From Nitrospirales bacterium (GTDB lineage: Bacteria; Nitrospirota; Nitrospiria; Nitrospirales; UBA8639), in NCBI GenBank assembly GCA_965223295.1, contig CBDCWC010000002.1:448001-512000 (forward strand): 64,000 nucleotides of DNA. Reading direction: 5' to 3'. Position 1 is the first letter of the stretch, and every line of letters begins with the position of its first letter. A program made the position numbers and the translations under genes. Positions 51,714-61,493 of this stretch are shown piece after piece. The notes under the pieces were generated by a model. That model worked only from the letters and a program-made list of their open reading frames with translations, was not told the origin of the DNA and did not search any database.

Positions 51714-53513
51714 CTATCCGCGCGATAGGCCATCGATATTCTCCGTCCCATAGCCGTTGGCCGAGCCATCCCAATTTAGATCGAACGTGCAACTGGTATT
51801 GGTGCCCAGGGAACTAGGCGTGCAGCGCAGCACATCTGCGCCATCACCAGAAGTACTGTTGACACTAAATATCCCACGGGTCGTCAGATAGATTTCGCCA
51901 CTATCAGCGATCCACACGCCAAAGATGTCTTCGTCATTTGATTGGTTCAGACCAACATCTGATCCATCAAAGTAGAGAGCCCAGGAACCACTGGTCGTAG
52001 CACCAAGCGAAGTAGGTGTGAAGACCAGGAGATCCTCATCCCGCCAGGTTGTACCCGTTACGTCTGAGTTGCCAATTGTGCTGATGACAAGCCGCCCGTC
52101 GTTTAAGAGATGCAGGGCATCAATATCTTCTCCGTTGGTTGTTAAGCCGACATCCGAGCCGTCAAAATACAACTCGAAGCGACCACTTGTACTTGTTCCC
52201 AGGCTTGTGGGGATAAACCGAACGATGTCCGAGTCGTCCACACTGCCTACGTCAGGAATTGTTGTTTCCCCGATAAAAGAGAGTAAAATCGTGCCATCAT
52301 TCAAGACGTGAAAGGCATTGACATCGCGGGCTCTATTACCAGATAAACCGACATCGGAGCCGTCAAAGTATCGGCTCCACGTATTGGTCGTTCGATTAAA
52401 GGCCATGATGTCCTCATCAGCGAAGGATATGCCACCAACCGAACCACCTGAGGTGGAACTGACGTACATCACATCTTGAGTTGGTGGAGCTGGATCGACG
52501 GTCCAGCTAAAATTAACAGTCGTTTGCCCGCCACGCCCGTCATTTACGATGATCGTTACGGAACTCTGGCCGTCCGTGGTCACCGTCCCGGTGATTGCAC
52601 CACTCGCCCCATTGATCGTTAATCCAGGCGGCAGGCCTGTTGTCGTATAAGTCAGCGAATCACCATCAGGATCACTGGCAATAATAGCAAGCGTCACCGT
52701 GTCCCCCACGGTATTGGTTTGGTTCCCGGGGTTGGTTACGATCGGAGGTTGATTCACCGGGGTGGAATTCACCGTCCAGGTAAAGGTCACACTATCTTGT
52801 CCCCCATTACTATCATCTACACCAACTGTGGGAGTAAATGTTCCTGCACTCGTCACGATTCCAGTGATGGCTCCGGTACTGCCATTGATACTTAACCCAG
52901 CCGGCAATCCTGTCGCATTGTACGTCAGTGTGTCTCCATCTAAATCAGACGCACTGAGGCTCAGTGCAATGCTCTCGCCTTCTGTAGAAGTTTGAGGTCC
53001 TGGATTTGTCAGAACTGGTGAAGAATTAACAATGGGTGGAGCCGGCTCGTGTTGATCAATTTGACCAAGGAAGGCCACTAACTGATTGAGTTGCGTAGTC
53101 GTGAACGAGGCGCCATCATGCGCGTTGATCGCATCAGCCAGCGAAGCGGCTGACCCATCGTGCAGATAAGGTGCTGTACTCCATAAGCCACGAAGTGTCG
53201 GAGTATCTAGACCCGTTAAAGGACCACCTAAACGACTACCACTACTCGTCTTAATCGTGCCAATGTTGTGGAGATTATTCGATGCGCTGTCTGTATAAGC
53301 TTGTCCTCTGTGACAACTGGCACATTGACTTGTTTCAAAAATCGAACGACCAGCTGCCCCATCGGGGGTCAATTCGCCATTGGTCGCGCGATTTGGACTG
53401 CTACCAAAACTCATTAAAGACTTGACATAGGCTGCCAAGGCATCGAGATCGGCACTCAAGCCCGCTTTGGCCGCGCCCAACGGGGGCACTCGTGGCATTG
53501 AAATCGGCATCAT
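51714..53513 (-). CDS. C-terminal fragment: second heme c domain + 2 Ig + repeat domain
   Basis: GRSIFE...CASCH, DTPTLRGLW.TAPYLHDGS. Confidence 0.75.
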   Translation of the reverse strand: MMPISMPRVPPLGAAKAGLSADLDALAAYVKSLMSFGSSPNRATNGELTPDGAAGRSIFETSQCASCHRGQAYTDSASNNLHNIGTIKTSSGSRLGGPLTGLDTPTLRGLWSTAPYLHDGSAASLADAINAHDGASFTTTQLNQLVAFLGQIDQHEPAPPIVNSSPVLTNPGPQTSTEGESIALSLSASDLDGDTLTYNATGLPAGLSINGSTGAITGIVTSAGTFTPTVGVDDSNGGQDSVTFTWTVNSTPVNQPPIVTNPGNQTNTVGDTVTLAIIASDPDGDSLTYTTTGLPPGLTINGASGAITGTVTTDGQSSVTIIVNDGRGGQTTVNFSWTVDPAPPTQDVMYVSSTSGGSVGGISFADEDIMAFNRTTNTWSRYFDGSDVGLSGNRARDVNAFHVLNDGTILLSFIGETTIPDVGSVDDSDIVRFIPTSLGTSTSGRFELYFDGSDVGLTTNGEDIDALHLLNDGRLVISTIGNSDVTGTTWRDEDLLVFTPTSLGATTSGSWALYFDGSDVGLNQSNDEDIFGVWIADSGEIYLTTRGIFSVNSTSGDGADVLRCTPSSLGTNTSCTFDLNWDGSANGYGTENIDGLSRG

Positions 53514-53874
53514 CCATTAATCCAGTACCGCCAGCTAGACTACGAATCTGTCCTTCGAAATCCTGCACTTCGTCAAAGTTGCTGGTCCAATGGAGACGAC
53601 CATGCTCTGACCCGCCTCGCCCATTTAGACTAATGGTATTTCGTAATCCTTCACCAAAGCCTGTCAAATCCCAAACACGCCCATCATGATCACCGTCGTT
53701 ATGACATGAGGCACAACTTATGTAAGCATCACGGGCTAGGCGATTGTCTCGAGCGTCGTAAAACAGTTGTTTCCCGTTCAGGACTTGGCTCGACAATGCT
53801 TCATTTGCGACTGTCTCATAATTTGCAATGGCATTGACCGTGAATGATCCGACATTTATCAACTGAGAGATCAT
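53401..53874 (-). CDS. Middle fragment: first heme c domain
   Basis: GKQLFYDA, ISCASCH.DG..DGR.WD, RNTISL, LHW..NFDEVQDF. Confidence 0.7.
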   Translation of the reverse strand: MISQLINVGSFTVNAIANYETVANEALSSQVLNGKQLFYDARDNRLARDAYISCASCHNDGDHDGRVWDLTGFGEGLRNTISLNGRGGSEHGRLHWTSNFDEVQDFEGQIRSLAGGTGLMDDADFNATSAPVGRGQSGLECRSRCLGSLCQVFNEFW

Positions 53875-56800
53875 AGATGCCTATGCTACGGTCCATAAAA
53901 TTATGAACATAAAGTGTTAAGCCATCAGGTGAAACCGCAAGACCCTGAGGTGCACGCCCCACATCAAAACGGAAAAGTTCAGTTTGCTGATAGGTGTCAA
54001 CGACAGCAATTTCACGACTCGTTTCTAGGGCAACGAAATAGTAGTTGCCATACAATCCAAAGGTACCTGCACTGCCCAGCCCAGCATTATCGTGATCCAA
54101 GCGCGCTGAAAAGTCTTCGCTGTCGTTGGATAAATTTATACGGGATGAAATCGCTCTGACAGTATGCTCAAAGTTTAGATTGTTTCCATCACGTAATGTT
54201 CCGCGCAAAATATTATCTTGTTTCGAGGGCACCCATGCAGTAGTGCCATCTGGTGAAATAACTGGAGCTCCTAGATAATTTGGTACCCCACGAGCACCTG
54301 CTTCGAAATCAGCCCCATTATTTACAGCTAGAACGATCGTGTTACCAACGCTCATGGTTCCAGTGTTCACGACAACGATTTCGCCACCCACTCCAACAAT
54401 TTGTGGACTGGCGGTTTGCTCGCCGGGTAATGGTGGTGTAATGAATCGAGAGACGTAGACCTTACTGCCGTCAGAGGTGATAGCGATATGGCGAGGATTG
54501 GGGCCAACATTCACACTCCCTATTTGGCTAGCGTTGCTCGGATTGAGCTGTAGCAACATACCGGTGGCTTGAAGTGCCAGGTATCCATTGTTCCCAGACG
54601 GATCAAAGAGTAGGCCAAAGGGTTGCGAGCCAGATGGGAAATTAACTGTGTTGACAACACTTAATGAGATTTGATCGATGATACTCAGCGTGGCCGAGTC
54701 TTGATTGGTAACCCATATACGACCATCTGGTGCCGTAGCTAAGCTCCGTGGTTCATTCCCAACGCCAATTTCTGCAACTTTAGTGTTGGTTATCGTATCA
54801 AAGACAGTAACTGTATTATTGTCAGGATTAACTGCCCATATTCGATCATTTCCACTTCGTGATTCGTACATCACACTCATAGAGCTGGATGGACGATTTG
54901 CTGTGAAGGGACGATGAATTGCCTGGTAGAACTGTCGAGAGACTTCTTGCGCACTATTGTCCGTCACCGTCACGGTGACAATGTAACGGCCAGGGTTTTG
55001 AAATGTATGCGAGATTGCTGCCGAGGTGCTGTATGCTGTTTCGGGAGTATTATCGCCGAAGAGCCACTTATACTGTAGTGCTCCGTTTCCGCCACTCGCG
55101 GTCGCTGTGAAGGTGATGGATTGATCAGTTGGTTGAGGGGAAGAAGTGAAGGGAGAAATGGTTATTGTTGGAGCAGGACTAATGATCCAGGTAAATGTAG
55201 TACTGTCTTGACCACCGTTGCCGTCAACCACGTTAACGGTTGTATTGAATGTCCCAGAGCTAGAAATCGTGCCACTTATCACGCCAGTAGTGTTATTGAT
55301 ACTCAAGCCCGAGGGTAGCCCACTGGAACCGTAAGAGAGTATGTCTCCATCCGAATCACTTGCACTGATGGGTAAACTTACGATGTCCCCCTCAATATTT
55401 GTTTGACTGCCAGGATTTGTTACAACGGGCGGTTGGTTCACTGGGCCAGGATTTGTCACAGTCCACGTAAACACGACACTGACATTCTCCATGCCATCAC
55501 TTATATTGAGTGTGACTGTATAGGTTCCGGCGCTATCACTGGCTAAAGTTCCCGCAATTACTCCAGTATTGCTATTGATATTCAAGCCCGGAGGTAGTCC
55601 AGTTGCGCTGTAGCTGAGGGTGTCTCCATCTGGATCGCTTGCGCTGATGGGTAGGCTTACGACGTCCCCTGCAATGTTGGTTTGATTTCCTGGATTGGTT
55701 ATGACGGGAGCTTGATTGCCGGGAGGTGAGACAAACAGTATGGTTTTTTCATTTGCGTTGTTGGCAAGAGTCCCTTGCGCGACAGGTGATCCCCAGTTGA
55801 TACCATCCGTACTAATATAAAATCGATAGGCCGACACGGTCCCATTGCCACCGCCTGGTCTGGGCAGATACTTAAATCCACCTAGATCATAACTTGCACC
55901 CAAGTTCACGACGATCTCATGAGGATGAGCTGGATCATTGTCGTCCCCAGCATTGGCAAACCATTCGGTATGCCAGAAGGTTTGGGTGTTTCCATCAATA
56001 GCATTGACGGCTCGTCCGTCTTCTCCCACTGTCTCTTGACTATCGAATGAGACCACCGACCAACCTACTTGGTTTAATGGATTGCCATTGGTGTCCAACA
56101 CATTGAGTTCAGCCATGCTTGTCCATGGTTTTCCATTAATTTCAGAATCAGCAACAAAGCGAACATATTGATGAGCGCCTGGCGTGGGAGGTTCGCTCAC
56201 GACTTGGATGACTTTGGCGATAGAAGGAACGTTTTGCTCATTGAGTGCGAAAAGCATCCAGTAACCCGGTGTCAATACGTTGCGGTTACTCTCCAATGTC
56301 AGTTGATAGTTTCCATTGTCGCTACTAAAAGGCACGTTGAGGAATCGTACATCTGTGTTGTGAGAATGAGTCGTTCCCGACATTTTGATCATGCTGAATT
56401 TCTGAATGTTGGGGGTGGCGACTACGTCGACTGTGGCTCCAAATGTTGAAATGTCTGTGGCACTAGTGATCGAGGGACGAGTAGCTAACGTGCCGTCGGC
56501 ACTAAAAAGATAAGATGGCGAGTAGATTTGGTGGTCAGGATGATCGGCATTACAGCCACACAATCCCCCGCCGCCAGAAAAGACACGGCCGTCAGGCATG
56601 AGCAGTGCCACGGAATGGTAATTGCGGGGCACTGTGTGGTCTGCCACTTCCCGCCACAGTTGAGTCTGTGGATTCCAGATTTCAGGGGTCAGAATTGTAC
56701 CCTGATCGCTAAACCATACATCCTGGGATGTGCCACCGACGACCAAGACTTCCCCTGTTGGCAACACCACAGCATTGGAATGGGCGCGCGGTTGTATCAG

Positions 56801-57793
56801 ATTGTTTACCGGCGTCACCTGAGGCGTTGTCCCATTCATGTCCACAATGGTGGCCCTATTTTTGGCACTGACTCCTCCAAGCGTCAAAACCTTGCCTTTG
56901 TCAAACATGATCATCGTGCCTGCCTGATTATTTGCATCCCAGTCGGTAATCCCCGCGGCAGTTTCCTGAATTGAGCCATTACCCTGTGGAGTGATGTAAT
57001 GCATTTGGGGAGTGGGGCCAAGATGTAGAATGTCGCCATTGGGAGCTACCGTGAGCATGGGGAACCATTCCGGGCGTCCATAATCTGTGTAGTCAAGAAT
57101 AGGACCTTGCAGATCAATGCCAGTGAGCCATTGCCACCCTGAGCCTTCCGTCCACAACTCTGGGTAACGACTTCCGGGACTGCCTAAAGCCATAAAGACC
57201 TGGCCATCTGGGAGTTGTAGGGACCCGTTGTACCAGCGACCAATATTGGCGTCGTCGATACGTCGCCAATTGTTGGTGCGATAATCAAAAAGACTGGTAC
57301 GTTCTCTCGTTCCATCACCTCCGACGACAAAGATTTGACCATTTTCCCGCATGGTAGGAATTGCACAGAACATTGAATGTTGGGCATAGTTGTCCTCGGT
57401 AATCTGTCCTGTTACCGGATCCCATATACCTGTATATGTGTTAGAACCACCATTAAAGGTAGTTCGGTTGTTCCCGCCCCAGGCAATAATTCGGCCATCC
57501 GGTAGATTGGCGGCGGACGCAAATACGAAGGGCCAAGTTGTTACTGGACCCCACTGACCGACCTGGTCGAGAGGCTCATTGGCTGCTAAGGCTTCTCCTG
57601 CGAGGGGCTCATTGGTTGATAAGGATTGTTGTTGAGGTGTAACAAATGCGGGTTCATTGCGTTGGCGAGCGAGTTCTGCTGCTGCATAGTCCTCATCAAC
57701 GTGTGACCATGCATGCCCGATTAAGCCTATTTCTAATGTGAATAAAGTCAAAAATACAAAATTCCATTTCCGCCAAAAATACTGAGATTTCAT
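53816..57793 (-). CDS. N-terminal fragment: galactose-oxidase-like + F5/8 type C + Ig + PKD + YVTN beta-propeller
   Basis: HSMFC, RWYN, RNYHSVALL, TTHSHNTD; AIDGN..TFWHT; YKWLFGD; VGNEPR/VGRAPQG blades. Confidence 0.85.
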   Translation of the reverse strand: MKSQYFWRKWNFVFLTLFTLEIGLIGHAWSHVDEDYAAAELARQRNEPAFVTPQQQSLSTNEPLAGEALAANEPLDQVGQWGPVTTWPFVFASAANLPDGRIIAWGGNNRTTFNGGSNTYTGIWDPVTGQITEDNYAQHSMFCAIPTMRENGQIFVVGGDGTRERTSLFDYRTNNWRRIDDANIGRWYNGSLQLPDGQVFMALGSPGSRYPELWTEGSGWQWLTGIDLQGPILDYTDYGRPEWFPMLTVAPNGDILHLGPTPQMHYITPQGNGSIQETAAGITDWDANNQAGTMIMFDKGKVLTLGGVSAKNRATIVDMNGTTPQVTPVNNLIQPRAHSNAVVLPTGEVLVVGGTSQDVWFSDQGTILTPEIWNPQTQLWREVADHTVPRNYHSVALLMPDGRVFSGGGGLCGCNADHPDHQIYSPSYLFSADGTLATRPSITSATDISTFGATVDVVATPNIQKFSMIKMSGTTHSHNTDVRFLNVPFSSDNGNYQLTLESNRNVLTPGYWMLFALNEQNVPSIAKVIQVVSEPPTPGAHQYVRFVADSEINGKPWTSMAELNVLDTNGNPLNQVGWSVVSFDSQETVGEDGRAVNAIDGNTQTFWHTEWFANAGDDNDPAHPHEIVVNLGASYDLGGFKYLPRPGGGNGTVSAYRFYISTDGINWGSPVAQGTLANNANEKTILFVSPPGNQAPVITNPGNQTNIAGDVVSLPISASDPDGDTLSYSATGLPPGLNINSNTGVIAGTLASDSAGTYTVTLNISDGMENVSVVFTWTVTNPGPVNQPPVVTNPGSQTNIEGDIVSLPISASDSDGDILSYGSSGLPSGLSINNTTGVISGTISSSGTFNTTVNVVDGNGGQDSTTFTWIISPAPTITISPFTSSPQPTDQSITFTATASGGNGALQYKWLFGDNTPETAYSTSAAISHTFQNPGRYIVTVTVTDNSAQEVSRQFYQAIHRPFTANRPSSSMSVMYESRSGNDRIWAVNPDNNTVTVFDTITNTKVAEIGVGNEPRSLATAPDGRIWVTNQDSATLSIIDQISLSVVNTVNFPSGSQPFGLLFDPSGNNGYLALQATGMLLQLNPSNASQIGSVNVGPNPRHIAITSDGSKVYVSRFITPPLPGEQTASPQIVGVGGEIVVVNTGTMSVGNTIVLAVNNGADFEAGARGVPNYLGAPVISPDGTTAWVPSKQDNILRGTLRDGNNLNFEHTVRAISSRINLSNDSEDFSARLDHDNAGLGSAGTFGLYGNYYFVALETSREIAVVDTYQQTELFRFDVGRAPQGLAVSPDGLTLYVHNFMDRSIGIYDLSVDKCRIIHGQCHCKL

Positions 57794-58446
57794 GATATGT
57801 TCCTTCGGGTCTAGATACGGCCAGAGTGGTAGTCCCTGAATAACTAGTGATGGGTGGATAATTAACAAAGTCGTAGAAGAAAAAACTATGACTCATAAGA
57901 GGTACTGTGGTCTGATGAATCTTCGCGAGGTTGCACCGTGGAGATTCTCAGAGGCAGGGTTGGTCGGAAAGCTGTTGTCTGCCATTTGAAATATTTGAGG
58001 ACCTGTACAGGCCTTGGACGCCATGAACTATCAGCCAACCTTCACAGGCTGAAAGAGCCATCTGCTTAGATCAACGAAATACCATGGGATATGAAGAGAT
58101 AATTTGGGATAATTCATCCACCTCATTACAATGGCTAATATAGAGAGGCTGCTGATGACAAAGAACGCACCAAAGAGAATAGCCGGGCAGCCACGGATAG
58201 TGGGCTTGCCTATTAGCTTGGCCCCTAAGCAGGAAAACGTTTGATATTTTGGTATAGAGCGGTTTCCACATCGTCCATGTCTTTTGTCGTCATGTGATTT
58301 GTAAAGGATGATCCCTTGTCTTTCTTGTCCGTGCCTCTTCTCAGTCTATTGACTCTTGTTGCCAAGAGTGAGAGTGATAGTTCATAGATCTTTCTTTGGT
58401 ATACTGGGCGCTATAATAGAACACATTCACTAGCGCAGAAGGAGAC

Positions 58447-59814
58447 GTGAGGCAGATGAAACAGATTATGGTTGTCGGGGCAGGGGCGGTTGGTGGGTAT
58501 TTCGGAGCGCATTTAGCACGAAAGCATTCGAATGTGTCTTTTTTATTGCGGCCCAAAACACAACAGGCCGTGGCGATCAACGGCCTGACAATTCGAAGTG
58601 CGATTGGAGAGAATTTTACCGTGCGTCCTCCTTCGGCATCTCATCCACAAGACTTGCCCCAGTCTGATCTAATCATTCTAGGTGTGAAGGCATATGATCT
58701 GGATGAAGTCATGGATCAACTTGAGCCAATCTTGAGACCCGATACGACGATTTTAACATTACAAAACGGTGTCACGATTGAAGATAGGTTGAAAATGAGG
58801 TTTGGGCGGGAGCGTGTGGTGGGCGGAGTCGCATTTATTTATTCCAAGATTGCCGAGCCTGGTGTAATCGAGCATTTCAAGAAAGGAATGGTCACAATTG
58901 GCGAGTTAATGGGGTTGGAGACACCGCGTCTTCGACAAATACAAGAGTTCTTTAAGGAAGCGGGGATCCCATGCTTTTTGACTGATGATATTCGCAAAGC
59001 TAAGTGGGAGAAAATGTGTTGGAATTGTGTCTTTAATCCTCTGACCGTGGTTCTCAATGATCATGTTGCGAAAGCTTTGGACGAGCCCGCCTTGCAACCG
59101 GTCATTACCACGATTGTTCAAGAAGTCGCCGCCATCGCGATGGCCACCCAGCGAGTGCCGTTGGACGGAGATATGCCTGAGAAAGTTGTGAGATGGTCGC
59201 AAGAGCTTCGAGATATTCATACTTCGATGTACGATGATTGGAAGGCTGGACGTCAGACTGAAATTGATGAGTTAAACGGGTATGTTGTGAAAGAGGGAAA
59301 AGAATTAGGTGTGCCAACGCCCATGAATGAGATGTTGACAGCGCTTGTTAAGGGGATGACAGTACAAAAGTGTGTGGAGGAGCCAGTTGTAAGTGTAGAG
59401 GGCGATGTTCAACATGCCCTGCAATTTTCTCGAGCACATTTACGGAATCTGCCTGAGAAATATCAAGTTTCTGATATTGGCGCCGTGATGCCAAATATGC
59501 GGGGTGCGGGTGTAAAAATTCAAGCACTCTTGGAAGCCGTGACTCTTCAAGTAGGAGTTGATCATGTGACTTTTTATTCCGAAGATCAAAATTATTCAGC
59601 CTGTCTCACGGTAGATCAGGCTCATCAGTTTGGTATTTTGCTGTATGAACAAAATGGAGAAGGTTTCCCCGATGAGCAGGGAGGTCCGTTTCGATTTGTT
59701 GCTCCGGGATTGGGCGATCTGTGTGCAAATGTGAAGCAGGTTCGGGAAATAGTTTTTTCGATAGGGTCTGTTCAAGATACACGTCCTCTCAAAGCGTGTA
59801 CAGAAGAGCGGTAG
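58447..59814 (+). CDS. panE: 2-dehydropantoate 2-reductase fused to C-terminal sulfite-oxidase-family (Oxidored_molyb-like) domain
   Basis: VGAGAVGG, VKAY, LQNG, WEK..WN, TSMYDD...GR.TEID.LNG; C-terminus LLYE.NG.....QGGPFRFVAPG....NVKQV. Confidence 0.88.
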   Translation: MRQMKQIMVVGAGAVGGYFGAHLARKHSNVSFLLRPKTQQAVAINGLTIRSAIGENFTVRPPSASHPQDLPQSDLIILGVKAYDLDEVMDQLEPILRPDTTILTLQNGVTIEDRLKMRFGRERVVGGVAFIYSKIAEPGVIEHFKKGMVTIGELMGLETPRLRQIQEFFKEAGIPCFLTDDIRKAKWEKMCWNCVFNPLTVVLNDHVAKALDEPALQPVITTIVQEVAAIAMATQRVPLDGDMPEKVVRWSQELRDIHTSMYDDWKAGRQTEIDELNGYVVKEGKELGVPTPMNEMLTALVKGMTVQKCVEEPVVSVEGDVQHALQFSRAHLRNLPEKYQVSDIGAVMPNMRGAGVKIQALLEAVTLQVGVDHVTFYSEDQNYSACLTVDQAHQFGILLYEQNGEGFPDEQGGPFRFVAPGLGDLCANVKQVREIVFSIGSVQDTRPLKACTEER

Positions 59815-60200
59815 GAAGGGCCATCCCAGAAGTTGGCTCTTCATAAAGTTTCTGCAAAAATTTCCTTCAACTGTATAAGGTTTTTGTAAAGATTTTCATG
59901 CATCGTAAGTTTTTCAGACCGTCTTTATCACAGTCATTGAATTGGCCAACTAAGTTTCTCAACATCATCAGTCAAGCCATTCTGTAATGCCAGTAAGGGT
60001 ACAGCCTCATTTCCCTTAAACGGTTGTTTGAAGATCATGGCTTGAGTCCTTGAGTAATTGCAGGCCATAGCTTGCACGTTCTTCATTTCGCCTTGTTTGA
60101 CCATTTTCCGCCTTTTCCCTACACTCCGCTGTCATAAAAACCGCATTGTATTTTTTGATGCCTGCTTTCATTTATCTATCCTCTTTTGCAGGAGGAAGTC

Positions 60201-61493
60201 ATGGATAAACTCGAAATTTTTCCCTGGGCCAAAAACTTTGAAACCGGCATTGATGTTATTGATGAACAGCATAAGAAATTAGTGACTATTTTGAATACTT
60301 TAGCAGGGCATCTGGCGAACTGTTCTTTGCCGGACGAGATGAATACGGTCTTCGATGAGTTAGCGGCCTATGCCAACTATCATTTCAAGTCGGAAGAGGA
60401 AATTTGGAGTGCGCATTTTAAGGATGATCAGTGGTACATGAATCATCTTAAAACACATGAAACCTTCCTTAGTAATGTGGGGAATTTAAAAAAAGAAGAA
60501 GGTGAGAAATCCCTGGATAAGGTCATCCAGGATATTGTGACTTTTCTTTCGAAGTGGCTGGCTTATCATATTTTAGATACCGACAAACGCATGGCCAAAA
60601 CGATTCAGGCGATGGAATCAGGGAAGTCTCTGGAAGAAGCTAAAGCCATTGCCAATGAAGAGATGAGTGGTTCGATGAGAGTGCTGATCGATACCGTACT
60701 CAACATGTATGAGGGGATCTCCGTTCGTACTGTCGAGCTGATGCGGGAAAAGGTTCGCCGGAGACAAGCTGAACAGGCATTAGCTGCAAGCGAAGAACGC
60801 TGGAACTTTATTCTGAAATACATCTTGAGTGACAATGAAGACAATGTCTGGGATTGGGATATTGAAAACAGTATTCAATATCTTTCTGGAGTCGATCTCC
60901 CTGTATTTTATGTGGTGGATGATAGCCAGCCATCCTTCAAGAAAGATTCGACGATTCATCCGGCTGATTTTGAGAAGGTCAAAGAGGACTTGCAGGCGCA
61001 TCTTGATGGTAAAACAGATTTCTTCATTAACAAGCATCGGGTCTTACGTCATGGGGGACAGTGGTCCTGGGTGTTATCTCGAGGGAAAGTGGTCAGTCGT
61101 GATGAGCGCGGTAAGGCTTTACGGATGGTGGGCACGCAAACGGATATTACTGAGCGGGAACTGGCAGCGCTCATCTATAAAAATAGCAGTCAGGCGATGT
61201 TTGTAACTGATCTTGAAAACAAGATTATCGGGGTGAATACGGCATTTTCAAAGCTGACGGGTTATGCCGCTGATGAAATCATTGGGAAATCTTCGGCTTA
61301 TTTTTTATCGGATAGGCATGATAAGGAATTTTTCCAGCAAATAAAGGAAAGCCTGGCCTTAACTGGGCGTTGGGAAGGTGAAATATGGAATACACGTAAA
61401 AACGGAGAAGAGTTTCCCGCGTTGCAGACGATTAATGCCGTTGTCGATTCAGAAGGTGTGCTGAATTATTCTGTCGGGCTCTTATATGACTGA
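60201..61493 (+). CDS. Bacteriohemerythrin + two PAS domains (sensor N-part)
   Basis: W...FETG...IDEQH, HF.SEE, H..TH, WL..HI...D; PAS_3 IHP.D, DITER; GGAGG RBS. Confidence 0.88.
   Translation: MDKLEIFPWAKNFETGIDVIDEQHKKLVTILNTLAGHLANCSLPDEMNTVFDELAAYANYHFKSEEEIWSAHFKDDQWYMNHLKTHETFLSNVGNLKKEEGEKSLDKVIQDIVTFLSKWLAYHILDTDKRMAKTIQAMESGKSLEEAKAIANEEMSGSMRVLIDTVLNMYEGISVRTVELMREKVRRRQAEQALAASEERWNFILKYILSDNEDNVWDWDIENSIQYLSGVDLPVFYVVDDSQPSFKKDSTIHPADFEKVKEDLQAHLDGKTDFFINKHRVLRHGGQWSWVLSRGKVVSRDERGKALRMVGTQTDITERELAALIYKNSSQAMFVTDLENKIIGVNTAFSKLTGYAADEIIGKSSAYFLSDRHDKEFFQQIKESLALTGRWEGEIWNTRKNGEEFPALQTINAVVDSEGVLNYSVGLLYD

Larger units (their letters stand above)
51714..57793 (-). pseudogene. Giant secreted multidomain protein (~2,026 aa if repaired): copper radical oxidase (galactose-oxidase-like) + F5/8C + 2 Ig + PKD + YVTN propeller + di-heme cytochrome c peroxidase-like + 2 Ig + FDGSDVGL-repeat domain; two frameshifts (~53867, ~53484)
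   Basis: Three overlapping ORFs join into one domain series; frameshifts lie in a (GA)3 run and a G5 run; may be sequencing artefacts. Confidence 0.8.

Noticed and set aside
47590-52430. Duplicated 3' segments as a DGR template/variable repeat pair
   Set aside because: No reverse transcriptase in the window; both copies are coding and the differences are mostly synonymous rather than adenine-specific
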